DNA of 64,000 bases from Octopus vulgaris (GCA_951406725.2 OX597821.1:41602001-41666000), one strand, 5' to 3'; shown: positions 1 to 12,133, counted from the stretch's first letter. Numbers and translations are program-made. Notes: generated by a model not told the origin, from the sequence alone.

Positions 1-19
1 CTTAATTTATCCACACACA

Positions 20-88
<69 letters not shown>

Positions 89-446
89 TTGCTCTCCACG
101 TTTAAACCTTCCACATTTCAAAACTCTCTACATCATGATCTGAAATGTCAGATTGTTTTTTTTTCTACTCTGACGACCGAAGCCCGATTTACCCAATGTT
201 TATTTGCTTTCATTACTGGCTGGCATATCTCGGGGAACCACATTTACCAATATTATGAGGAATTTTTGAAACCCCTAGAAACAGCTGTTGCACTTGTAAC
301 ACTTTACTTCCTCCCCAATAATTTTCTCTGTCGTTTGTATTCTGTTTTATCTGTCAATGTTATTTATATAAATATCACTATACTTATACACTTCTACTTA
401 TATTCATCGTCTGAAAATCTTCAGTCTTGGTTTCTGTCTGCATGCA

Positions 447-848
447 GGCGCAGCAGTGGCTGTGTGGTAAGTAGCTTGCTAACTAACCACATGGTTCCGG
501 GTTCAGTCCTACTGCGTGGTATCTTGGGCAAGTATCTTCTGCTATAGCCCCGGGCCAACCAATGCCTTGTGAGTCGATTTGGTAGACAGAAACTGAAAGA
601 AGCCTGTCGTACATATGTATATATATGTGTGTGTGTGTGTGTGTATGTGTTTGTGTGTCTGTGTTTGTCCTCCTAGCATTGCTTGATATCGATGCTGGTG
701 TGTTTACGTCCCCGTCACTTAGCGGTTCGGCAAAAGAGACCGATAGAATAAGTACTGGGCTTACAAAGAATAAGTCCCGGGGTCGATTTGCTCGACTAAA
801 GGCGGTGCTCCAGCATGGCCGCAGTCAAATGACTGAAACAAGTAAAAA
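447..848 (+). mobile_element. tRNA-derived SINE family A (CORE-like), full length
   Basis: Head GGCGCAGCAGTGGCTGTGTGG (A-box-like), GGTTCAGTCC (B-box-like), CORE-like TCTTGGGCAAGT, internal (TG)n, 3' stem-loop CAGTCAAATGACTG followed by AAACAAGTAAAA; about 10 related copies in the window. Confidence 0.85.
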
Positions 849-875
849 ATATATATATATATTTAGATATATATA

Positions 876-1204
876 GCCGCAGGAGTGGCTGTGTGGTAAG
901 TGCTGCGTGGCAACTTGGAAAAGTGTCTTCTACTATAGCCTTGGGCCGACCAAAACCTTGTGAGTGGATTTGGTAGACGGAAACTGAAAGAAGCCCGTCG
1001 TATATATGTATATGTACATGTGTGTGTGTGTGTGTTTGTGTTTGCCCCCCACCCCACCCCCAACATCGCTTGACAACTGATGCTTGTATGTTTACGTCCC
1101 CGTAACTTAGCGGTTCGCCAAAAGAGACCGATAGAATAAGTACTAAGCTTACAAAGAATAAGTCCTAGGGTGGATTTTCTCGACTAAAGGCGGTGCTCCA
1201 GCAG
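876..1204 (+). mobile_element. SINE family A, internally deleted tandem copy
   Basis: Same head, body and tail as 447-848 but lacking the B-box segment. Confidence 0.8.
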
Positions 1205-1209
1205 AGAAG

Positions 1210-1291
<82 letters not shown>

Positions 1292-1469
1292 TCGATTAGA
1301 GGTTGTGTTAACCTCATGAAGGGATGATTTCATGCAAAGAAATACTAGTTCAATACTCAGTATTTTGGATGAATTAAATTCTTTAAAATAATAGGAATAT
1401 ATATGTGAAAACATAGTTTATATTCATATAAAAGAAAAAAAAAAAGAAAATGGAGAATCGGAAGTTAAC

Positions 1470-2300
1470 AGTTGTTCATTATTAATCATTATCTTTACAG
1501 CTGTTTTAATTAATATTCAGTAAATATTGAGTAAATATCAAATTTATATGACCTGAGCATAATATCTTCAGAGGGAAAAAAATTATACCCTTGAATGTTG
1601 TTTATATGTTTATGGATTCATTATAGCAGCAGATTCATTATAGAGTCTGCTATAATGCATCCATAAACAGGTATAAAACATCCAAGTGTGTTTATTTTTT
1701 CCTCTGAGGATATTATGCTCAGGTCATATAAATTTAATATTTATTTAATACTAGCAGTATCGCCCGGCGTTGCTCGGGTTTGTTAGGGAAATAACTATAT
1801 AAGCATTTTTAGAGAGTTACTTCCTTTATAGATGCCAATTCGGGCTTTCTTAGCCATTTCTGTTTTGGTGTCTTCAAGCCATGAAGTCGTTGTTCTAAAA
1901 GAACGCTGGTCTCCTTCACAACGCATTACGACGTTAATTTCCTTAAACTCCCTTCCCCACAGCTTCACGAGGGAGGGAAGAAGGAGGAGAAGCAAACAGG
2001 TGCAGGTGTGACCGTGGACGTCAACTCCGCCGCCATCGACACACGAAAAATTATACATTAAAATGGAATAAAAAATGATGTTAAATTATTTTTAAAATCG
2101 TAGACTCATCGTAGACGCACGCTAATACTCAGACGGGCTTGATATGAATCACGACTATAAGATACCCGAATTTGGTTAAACTGCACCGCAAAATGTGGGA
2201 GTAGTTAGGAATCTAAATCGAAGGGGACAGACACTCACACAACTACAGTTTTATATATATAGATTACTGAGTATTAATTGAAACAGCTGTAAGGGATTGT
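1470..2300. mobile_element. Fold-back (head-to-head inverted) Penelope pLTR-like element with an HHR motif in each arm, interrupted by a Helitron
   Basis: 1490-1630 is the imperfect reverse complement of 1648-1750 plus 2264-2300; + arm has CTGAGGA (1704-1710) and GAAACAGCTGTA (2280-2291); - arm has CTGAAGA (1571-1565) and AAAACAGCTGTA. Confidence 0.6.
1751..2263 (-). mobile_element. Non-autonomous Helitron
   Basis: Minus strand starts TCTATATATATAAAA and ends CCCGAGCAACGCCGGG hairpin + CGATACTGCTAG; inserted between A and T with no TSD; second copy at 44686-45072. Confidence 0.85.
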
Positions 2301-3856
2301 GATTAATTTACTGTTCCGCTCACAGATTGCACTTGTAATGTACGAATCAACCGTATGTTATGTATGTATATATATGTGTATGCATGTATGTATGTTTCTA
2401 TGTATATTTGTATGTATGTATGTATATATATGTGTGTGTGTTTGTATGTATGTTATGTTTGTATGTTTGTTTGTATCTATGTATGTTATGTATGTATGCA
2501 TGTATGTATGTATGTATGCATGTATTTATGTATATATATATATGTATGTATGTATGCATGTATGCATATTGCTAGAAGTGACTGTGGTTAGATGTGAGCA
2601 CTTGCAGAATCATTAGAGCGTCAAGCAAATTTATTGTGATCCCTTTCCTTACTTTTTGCGTAAAGATTTCAATTCTTGTCGAGGTCAGATTTACTTTCCA
2701 TCCATTCGAAGGTAATGAAATACAGTAAAAGCCAAGCACAGAGATGAATTTAACTGAAATTAGCGTGTAACCCCAATGTTTATGATGTTGAAACAAAATT
2801 TCAAACTACCATAAGTATGACAGTGTCACTAGACGTGACAATGGGCTTACAATGTAGTTTAAAGTAATAGATTGTTGTTACAACTAGCAAAATCTGTTGT
2901 GCACATGTGGTCAGTCTCTTAGGTATTCATTTCTGTTCTCAGTCAACATTATGATGTTATACATCAACACAGGTCATTACACTTTCATTCCACGTCCTTG
3001 TAGGTGGCAAGGTGAACAACTTCATAAAATCTAATGTTGTAATTAATTAGAGCAGAAAGGAAACCAGCAAGGGGCCCATAGATCTTGAGTGGACTCCAAA
3101 GGTAATACACTGACAACCAGTGAACTGTCATCAAACGTTTCAAGGATTCCAGAGTAAAATTTATCATTTCTCGATTATATATAATTATTTATTTACAAAT
3201 ATCATTGAAATGAGGGATCAAACTGGAAAAACGAGTTTGCTTTGAGTTAATAAAAGCTGGGTTTTTTTTTTATTAATTCGACAGATCTGGGGACCGTGGA
3301 AAAATTCATTAAAATAAAAGGGATTTTGGGAGTGAAAATGTTGGCAACTACTGTATGAGAGCATCATTAGCTTTTGAATTGTGTGTCTTTTGCAAAGCTT
3401 CTCAAACACAATAAATTTGTGTGGCACGAGTTTTGTAATTCAAAAGAGCGGCCACTGGTACATTTGGTCTTCACAAAGAATCTCTAATTAATATTAATCT
3501 TTTTTAACATAAAAATGCTATCAGCTGAGAAAGTTTGCATTCTAGCAATTAGCTGTTCGTTATTTGTAAGCTTAAAGGCTTTCTCCTCGCGAACAATGAA
3601 ACAAGCGACCATTCAATTGGCAACTAAAGCAATGAAGCCGTTTTCCATGATATTGAGACTTATTAATATTTAGCGCTTCTTTCGACTAACTCATGCTCCT
3701 TATTATAGCCAGCAAAGATCTCTTTTGACAAGACACAACACCATTTTCCAACAACTCTCTACAGCCAATTATATCAATGGGAATGGCTTTTGTTGTTTGT
3801 TTTATAGATCACGCGTTTTTTTTTTTTATTATTTTTGCCATTATAATTTCTCTTCA

Positions 3857-3964
3857 AGGCAGCGAGCTGGCAGAAACGTTAGCATGCCGGGCGAAATGCT
3901 AAGCGGTATTTCGTCTGCTGCTGCGTTGTGAGTTCAAATTCCACCGAGGTCGACTTTGCCTTTC
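3857..3964 (+). mobile_element. SINE family B, 5' fragment
   Basis: GGCAGCGAGCTGGCAGAAACGTTAGC...GAGTTCAAATTCC matches the head of the full copies. Confidence 0.8.
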
Positions 3965-4130
3965 GAAAGTAAACTATGAATGTTAATATTTTAATTTGAT
4001 TTTTTAATAGCTCTTTTCTCTTTACATATCCCATTTTGTACATATTTTTGGTAAGGTTTTTCAAAAACCGAAATATGTAATGGAAAATTAAAATGTACCC
4101 AATATTAAGAAAGTGCCATTTTCGTTCTTG

Positions 4131-4170
<40 letters not shown>

Positions 4171-4626
4171 ATAATTAAAACATGTTAAACTTTTTAACAT
4201 AGGTGGAGAATAATTCTATTCTGTGTACATATATATGAAAAATAGAAAAATACGAAGATGCGTTTTCACAGAATAAGTGTTTTTGAATCATAGCTTAACA
4301 GAAATTTTACAGGTATACCTATTCTTAAAGTGAGTCTGATATATAATTTATGTAAGCATATATTACAAAAGTGAGAAAGATAGAAGAAAACAAAGAAAAA
4401 TAAGGAGTCATTTGTTGCTTCGAGTCTTTTGTATAGAAAAAAGATTTTAGTATATGCATTTTTAGGGGAATTTTTTTTTTTTTTTGCAGGATAAGAAAGT
4501 AAGTCGTATATAACTGACCTGGATCCAGTTTTGCTGATTTCAGATCAAAGTTTTATGTAATTATTCCATATTTTTCCTTTATTTAAAGCCATCGGCGTTT
4601 TGAAGTATAAATAAGCATATCGCTTA

Positions 4627-4722
<96 letters not shown>

Positions 4723-5135
4723 ACATTTTGCTACCATGATAAATAAACAACGGCAGCACTACAAAATAAATAAGATCGGTTAACCCAGCAGCGATAAGTT
4801 AGAGTATTTCTATGAATTTCTTGTGGAGAAGGGATTCTCTCCTGCGTATTCCTCTTTCTACATTAAGATTTGAAGACTTTTCATAATACAGTTCCAGAAC
4901 CAATCAAAAATTGTTCCTTCATGGTCTGCAACAGAAATTATATAGAGTAACAAGATTAAAATCTATTTTGTCAACCCTATTTCCTATATATTTATATAAT
5001 ATTATAATTTGATAAGAAAATTCCCATTTTCAACATCCTACATTAGTATTCTATATATATATATATATATAATACATGCATACGTGCATACATACATGCA
5101 AACGCATACATATGCATATATATCATATATGTGTG

Positions 5136-5172
<37 letters not shown>

Positions 5173-6412
5173 GTATATAGCGAGAGAGAGAGAGAGATGT
5201 ATATATAAGTGCGCATGTATGTGCGCGTGTGTGAGCTGTGGAACGGGGTGAATGGGCAAACAGTAAAAAAGAGTTCCCTCCATGGTAACTTTTGTGACAA
5301 TGTGAGAATGCAGAAAGCGTACTTCTAGAGCTTTATTACAAACAGGAAACCCAATGAATTAAGATCTATTTTAATTCTAGACGTAAATAAGGCAATTTTT
5401 TTTCAGGCTGAATAGAACGAGTAACCATTGAATTGGCAACTGAAGCAATGCAGAAGTGCCAACAATATTGCCACCTATTAATATTCGATATTCTAGCCTG
5501 TAACAAAAGTTCCCAATTCTATAGAAATAAATCGGTGAAATGTGAAAATATAAAATTATCGAAGAGATCTCAATTAAAAAAAAAAAAGAATGAGCGGAAG
5601 ATGGAAAGGCGAAAAACATGCTATTCAGAAGCAAAATAACCGGAAAGAGGAAAAAAAGGAGGTAAAATACAAAATCATAACTTGAAAACAAAAAGTAGAA
5701 AAAAAAAAAAAAATGGTGGTGATTATTCTAAGGAGAATGGGTATGGACTAAAACACCAAACCTTCATTTAAAAACTAAGGAAAGTTTTTTTAAAAATATA
5801 AAAGGAAACTATATACTTTTTACTTATGTTTTATCCATTTTATTTTCGATTAAAATATCTTTTCAAATAAGTAGCTTATTCTCCATATTTCATTGATTGG
5901 TCTAATGAAATTCAGCAGTGATTTTGGCAGTTTGTAAGAATAGCTATTAACTTATCATTTGATCGAATTTTTGTCTCAGATGGTTGAGTTTCCGGACAGC
6001 AATTTGAGCGTCCGGTTTGTAAATTGAACTTCCGGTCAACACTTTGCGCTGTCAGCCAGTAACTAAAATAATCTCCTTATATTGCATTACCACAAAATTG
6101 TTCTGTTTATTGTGTTAGTTGAAACAGTATGAAATTTGAAACGTAGTTGTACTCCAGCCTGGCTACAGCTGAGAGGCTGAACTCAGTACAAGTTTAGCAC
6201 AATTCCCAGTGTTGCGTTTATATATCGAACACGTGGGTAATAACCTCTCAAGTGTATTTTTTACAGGTCGTTTAATCAGTCGACAACTTACATCAATCGT
6301 TACACAAGATGACCTCCTTACCACAAATACACTTCAACATTACTCTATGCATATCTTTCGATTCTATCATAGCTTACCTTTTCAGTAAAACTAAAATACA
6401 GCCTCGACTCTA

Positions 6413-7926
6413 CATCCTTGGCCAAAAATATTAGGCCACTCCAATGTTTTGGGGTTCTGCTATCTCAATGTCAAAGAAGCTCGTGCACATGGTAGATTAT
6501 GGTATATTTCACAATATACATTAGTTTTAATATCTGGTTGACCCTTCTTTAGCATCAATTACCGCTTTTATACGGTTAGGCAATGAATCAGCTAGTTTCT
6601 TGCAGGTGCTGGGTGCAATTTTACTCCATTCTCCTCTCAACATTTGGTACAAATGCTCTTTATTTTTATTGTTGTGTTCCTGATAGCTTCACCAAGAGTT
6701 CCCCATAGGTGTTCGATCGGATTTAGATCGGGACTTTGAGATGGCCAGTCCTTGGGAACAATACCCTGTGTCACAAACCATTGACGAGTATTCTTTGCTG
6801 CATGACATGGAGCGTTGTCCTGTTGTAAAATAACACTGATTTTCGACACTCTTGGATGCAATTTAGCACTTGATGGCTCTAAAACATCCGATAACATAGA
6901 AACATAGGTAGCTGGTCATCCTTCCCTGACATAAAACATTCTCCGAGTTCTGTGGCAGACATGCAGACCGACACCATGATAGAACCACCCTCATATTTTA
7001 CGGTTGGTACCAGACATTCAGCCATAAATGCTTCCCCAACTCTGCGATGCACGAAAGTTGCATCAGATGTACTGAAAATCTGGGTAAAAACATGAAAAAT
7101 AATATTAGTTTTATGTTGAATTTTTTTTATATTTTGGGGGCAACAAACCAGTTGCATTAAGTTTATATGTTGATTGAATACACGTACTATCTTACCCCAG
7201 AGTTACTTTCATCAGACCATATGACTTTCGACCATTGCTCACTGGTCCAATTTGAGTGATTTTTTTCCCACTAAAGACGTTTTTCCATATTCGCTTCAGA
7301 AACAGCCTTTCAGACCGTACTCTACAAGCCTTCTTCTAACAGTTCTGGTTGATATTTGTACCTGCCTCGTTGAATACCGCACTGAACTCCGACGATGTTT
7401 TTCTCCTGTTTCTGAGCGGATGATGGATGATGGATCTGTCATCACGAGGTGATGTAACCTTTTTTCTACCAGTTCTTCGTGTAGTCTTCACATCTTTTGT
7501 CTCTCTGAAGCGCTTGGGACTCGTTTGCACCGCACATCGAGAACATTTAATCTTCTGAGCAATTTGCCTTTGAGACATTCCATCTTCATGAGGAGCTACG
7601 ATTTGACCTCGCTCACACTCATTCAACTCCCTTATTTTAGGCATTTTACTGTTTATTAACTGTATCTACGACGTATTTTAGCATAACACTCTGAAATTAT
7701 CAAGGAAACGTAAGTTAATTTTGGACGTTGGTCTTACACATAATTGGTTACATATGTACGGTACAGTATAAAAGTGGTAACTGATGCTAAAGAATGGCCA
7801 ACCAGATATTAAAACTAATGCATATTGTGAAATATGCCATAATCTACCATGTGCACGAGTTTCATTAACTTTGAGATAGCAAAACCCCAAAACATTGGGG
7901 TGGCCTAATACTTTTGGAGAAGGCTG
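6413..7926 (-). mobile_element. Tc1-family DNA transposon (DD34E), near full length, decayed
   Basis: TA at 6411-6412 and 7927-7928; imperfect ~160-bp TIRs (CATCCTTGGCCAAAAATATTAGGCCAC... versus reverse complement CAGCCTTCTCCAAAAGTATTAGGCCAC...); transposase remnant inside. Confidence 0.95.
6527..7644 (-). pseudogene. Tc1 transposase pseudogene (paired HTH + DD34E), frameshifted, with a putative intron at 7080-7195
   Basis: MPKIRELNECERGQIV...SQRQIAQKIKCS (HTH); WSDES; VPTVKYEGGSIMV; QQDNAPCH, 34 aa, then E of SPDLNPIEHLW; C-terminus ...AKEGSTRY*. Confidence 0.92.
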
Positions 7927-8316
7927 TATATTTTAGACTGATAGACTATCAATGCCATAACTGTGGAATTTTCAGCAAAAACGTATGGTCGGGAGTAATT
8001 CATGAAGGCAGCCCATGTAAGGCATTTTTAATAGATATAATATGCATTTCTGCATTTTATTCTCTCTACAGCATATTTTAAAATTTTATTTTAACCTTTT
8101 TTATAAGACCAGTCTAATGAGTTCCTTTACATATCTTCCAGATCTTGTTCTGAAACTGCTCTGAACTTGGTGTCTGTGGTTTCAGAAGTGACAAAGAATG
8201 TCTGACTGTAGGGATACTTGTGTATCTGTTGTATCTTTATCCGCCTCAGGTCTATCTGTAGTTTGGCTTTCTATGCTCGCTACGTAGTTTTTAGACACTC
8301 AGTGACGCTGGTTGTA

Positions 8317-8609
8317 CAGTTCTATATTTAAGAGAGGAGGAATTATGTACATTATTTACATTATGGCACATGACGTAGTGGTTAAGAGCGCGGGCTACTA
8401 ACCCCAAGATTCCGAGTTCGATTCCAAGCAATGACCTGAACACTAACAATAATAATAATAATAATAACATCGAAAAATACCTTAGGAATGAGAACCTAGG
8501 TTCGAAATTTCCCCAAGACACCTGATGAAGGCTGGAGGGTATATCAGCCGAAACGTTGTGTTAACAACAAACAAGATGAAGACAAATATCCGTCAAATGT
8601 AAATAATGT
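8317..8609 (+). mobile_element. tRNA-headed, hammerhead-bearing SINE-like element (family E) with an inverted 3' fragment
   Basis: A box TGACGTAGTGG (8371-8381), B box GAGTTCGATTCC (8414-8425), (AAT)n, HHR at 8517-8562; 8317-8362 is an inverted copy of the family 3' end; flanking 12-bp near-identical direct repeats at 8305-8316 and 8610-8621. Confidence 0.8.
8517..8562 (+). ncRNA. Minimal type I hammerhead ribozyme motif
   Basis: Stem I GACAC/GTGTT, core CTGATGA + A, stem II GGCTG/CAGCC, GAAA, palindromic ACGT stem III, GUU triplet; layout of Penelope-associated minimal HHRs. Confidence 0.75.
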
Positions 8610-9251
8610 ACGCTTGTTGTAGTATTCATTCTCTCCTTCTCTTTCTCCTTCCACTTCACAGTCATGCTATTTAGCAGAGCTGGGTCGAATAGTGATGACT
8701 GGATTGATACAGAGATGCAGGCACAGCTACCCATTAGCAACTGAGCAGGAATAATCCATCTAAAACGCCGTTGATGTCTAGATCATTAAAGTAAGACACG
8801 GATCAACGTTTCATTCTTATTTTCTGTAAGATATCTTTACAGTTTTTATTTTTAGCTTCCTGTTTTGTGGGTGTCTCGGGCTGCTGGTTACATGATGAAA
8901 TCTGTATGTTCTGACAAGAGTTGACAATGTACCACCTAAGGATGTTGAAGTGTTACCAGTCACCAACATCTCAAGCCTTTCATGATGCACGAACCTTCAT
9001 TTCAAAGAACTTCTTATATCAGAGAATCGATTGAAGGTGAGGCTCACTATCTCAATATAACAAGAGTTATAACCAGCTGAGTAGTAAGACAATAGCAACG
9101 AAGTAATGATACAACATCAGTGGAACAACAATCTCCACAACTCGGGTATCTAAACAAAGAGGAAGACACACTATACTTTGGCATCGACATAAAACATTAT
9201 CAATTGATTTGGGGACTCAAGTTCATTTGTTCTTCAATATCCAAAATACCG

Positions 9252-9667
9252 GGCGGCGAACTGGCAGAAACGTTAGCACGCCGGGTGAAATGCGTAGCCG
9301 TATTTCGTCTGCCGTTACGTTCTGAGTTCAAATTCCGCCGAGGTAGACTCTGCCTTTCATCCTTTCGGGGTTGATAAATTAAGTACCGTTTATGCACGGG
9401 GGTCGATGTAATCGACTTAATCCGTTTGTCTGTCCTTGTTTGTCCCTTTTGTGTTTAGCCCCTTGTGGTTAGTAAAGAAATAGGTATTTCGTCTGTCCTT
9501 TATGTTCTGAGTTCAAATTTCGCCGAGGTCGACTTTGCCTTTCATTCTTTCGGGGTCGATGAAATAAGTACCAGTCACCCACTGGAATCGATGTAATCAA
9601 CTTAATCTCTTTGTCTGTCCTTGTTTGTCCTCTCTGTGTTTAGCCCCTTGTGAGCAATAAAGAAATA
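9252..9667 (+). mobile_element. SINE family B (Meta-domain-like), dimeric
   Basis: tRNA-like head, GCCTTTCATCCTTTCGGGGT(C/T)GATAAATTAAGTACC central domain present twice; imperfect TSD AATATC(C/A)A(A/C)ATACCG. Confidence 0.85.
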
Positions 9668-9749
9668 AATATCAACATACCGAAATAAATTATGAAGAAT
9701 ACACTCGTCGAAAGAAACTGGTTTCGTTTAAATATTTTATTAAGTTCGC

Positions 9750-11150
9750 TCGAAATTCCTGATTCTTGACAGGGTTAAAATAACCATCTCTTCTTGTCCT
9801 CCTCAAAATATAACAGCTGCGTAATATGGACTGACGGCCATCAACTGAACATACAGACTATTTTATATTACTAAATATGTTCCCTCAATACATCATTTTC
9901 ACCAGACGATTAGTTGTAACGTTTGTTGTATGTCTGGGGAAAGAATCTTACTTTTTATATGGTGTACAATTAATTACAGTTCATAAAGATGATTTTATCG
10001 CATGTAAGATCTAGGTCTCTAGGAGAATTAATTTTCACTGAGTTACATAGAAATTTACAATATTAAAGGCCAGTCGTTAGACTCTTTTACTATGTGCCAT
10101 TATATCGCTCACTTTGGCCATTTTACCCTTGTGGTTTCTATGAATCATTGCTGCGACAATATATTCCCGGCTTTGGTAAAAAGAATTTCAAGCTTCCAAA
10201 GATATTAACTGAGATCTTTGGTCGTAATGAATATAAGATGTATTTCCAATTAATACAAATAATCAAATAAATAGATTAATTGGTGTAGTGGAACTGATAC
10301 GTCAACATGAGTATATGTGAGTTTTAAGTTTTTACCAACAATAAGAAAAATGTACTTGCTTTTTTGTAAATGGTGTCTTAGGATTTCGTAAAATCGATCA
10401 TTGCTTCAGTGGTTGAGTTGCACATGGCAAGATGCCAAATTTTGGTCAAAATCATGTGATTTAATATAGATCACACTTTAAAAAAAGGCACACACACCTT
10501 TACATCATCTCTGCAGGAAGGTAATATATATTTATTTCACTTTGTGATAAAACTGATGGATGCCAGAGTGGCGAAGTGTTCATGAAGTTGGAAAAGAAAA
10601 ATTTAAAAAAACATAAATAAATTCTGGATAAAGCATGAGTGGTGTGTTTTCTCTTCCAGAATGATGTAATGTGTCATAAGTGTATTCAGACAATTCCAGT
10701 TGCCATCGTACCAATTTATTCTTTTTAGATGAACGTTTGTTGTTGAAAATAAAAGCAATAGCTGCTTGATCTGTAAATAGTTGAAAAGGTTTTGCAATCA
10801 AGCAATGTTTCCACTTTCTAACACTTTCAATAACAGCTCAGGTTGTTTCGCATTCATTTAAAGGATGCTTCCGTTCATGAGTAGTTAATATCGTTGAAAA
10901 TAAGCAACCGGACGATTATTTTGCAGTTATACTCCAGATATGGCTACTTTAAAGGCATCAATTTGAAGTGCAAGCATTTCAGATTCATCAAGTGTTCCAA
11001 GTGTAACCTTAAGAACACAGCATTTAAGATCATTAAAATTGCATTTTGGGGAATCCTGTTTAAAGAGTAAATGAGAAACTGACAGAAGTGGCTTTACTTT
11101 AACGGAATCATAGAGTCCACCTGAAACGATTGAACACTCACAGCGACCTT
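9750..11150 (-). pseudogene. Gypsy LTR-retrotransposon pol remnant (RNase H and integrase)
   Basis: ORF 10580-10801 KPFQLFTDQAAIAFIF...LVRWQLELSEYTYDTLHHSGREN is Gypsy RNase H-like; decayed integrase-like sequence downstream; no LTRs seen; boundaries approximate. Confidence 0.75.
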
Positions 11151-11157
11151 TGAAGTG

Positions 11158-11160
<3 letters not shown>

Positions 11161-11248
<88 letters not shown>
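11161..11248. repeat. (TTA)n microsatellite
   Basis: Pure TTA run. Confidence 0.98.
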
Positions 11249-12133
11249 TAGCGGAAGGAGAAAAATTCTTTAATGCTTCTAACCTTTTTATATCTGGCTT
11301 TAGAGTTCCATAAAAATTTCTATCCCACTAGAAAATGGATTGTTTGTTTGTGTATATATATATATATTCTTTTGAAACAGTGAATCTCATCAACAATATA
11401 TATATATATTTGTGTGTGTGTGAACAGAGAGAAAGAAAGGGGGAGGGCGAGAAAGAGAGAGGTGCACATATGCATGCACACAAATCATTTAAAGTAAGTG
11501 TTTACATAGCTTTTGATACAGCCTTTATTAAATTAATCTAATTTTGGCTGCGCCCTTCGACACGTGCTCTACATAACAGTTACATCATTAATAGAAGCAA
11601 ATGTTGCTAAACAATAACCATGTTATCAATTTGTCTTTGAAAATTCAATTATAGTATTCGTCAATGCAGAGAACATTATACAAAACTTGTATAATTTCAC
11701 ATTATTTTCAAAATACTGTAACTGGTCAATCAACAATACACGATCGAACTTAAAAATAAACTTTTCCCAAATCCAATCTGTAAATATTTCATATCCTGAG
11801 TTCTTATTTACTAAGATTGAAATTTGAAGTAAAGAATATTCATCAAAAGGGTTAACTTTGTTAACAGCCTATGAATAATTTAGTGCAATGCTTAATTTTA
11901 TTACAATTTTCCACAACTTAAAGTTAAACACATTACAGAGAAACCGTTACCTCTGTTACTTCCACTTATATCTCCCCATTTCTGTCAAAAGTATATCCAC
12001 ACCACCCACCCCATCGCTACTCCCCACCCAGAAGAATTTGTATCTACGTCTATAGCCCACAAGCAGTCAAGCTGAGGTCACCTTCCATCGTACCTCTTGC
12101 ACACAGCTTCCGCCCACGCATTTCAGCAGTTTC

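Noticed and set aside
165-295. Hammerhead-like CTGACGA ... GAAACAGCTGTT
   Set aside because: No convincing stem I or stem II linking the two boxes.
820-848. GAAACAAGTA at the SINE A tail as a hammerhead half
   Set aside because: No upstream CTGANGA; it is a LINE-type 3' stem-loop tail.
5390-5639. Possible host exon after the TTTTTTTTCAG acceptor at 5406
   Set aside because: All three frames hit a stop within about 25 nt of the acceptor, and the downstream ORF has no recognisable homology.
8365-8437. Functional tRNA gene
   Set aside because: Imperfect acceptor and T stems, no oligo-T terminator, and always attached to the same repeat body; it is a SINE-type head.
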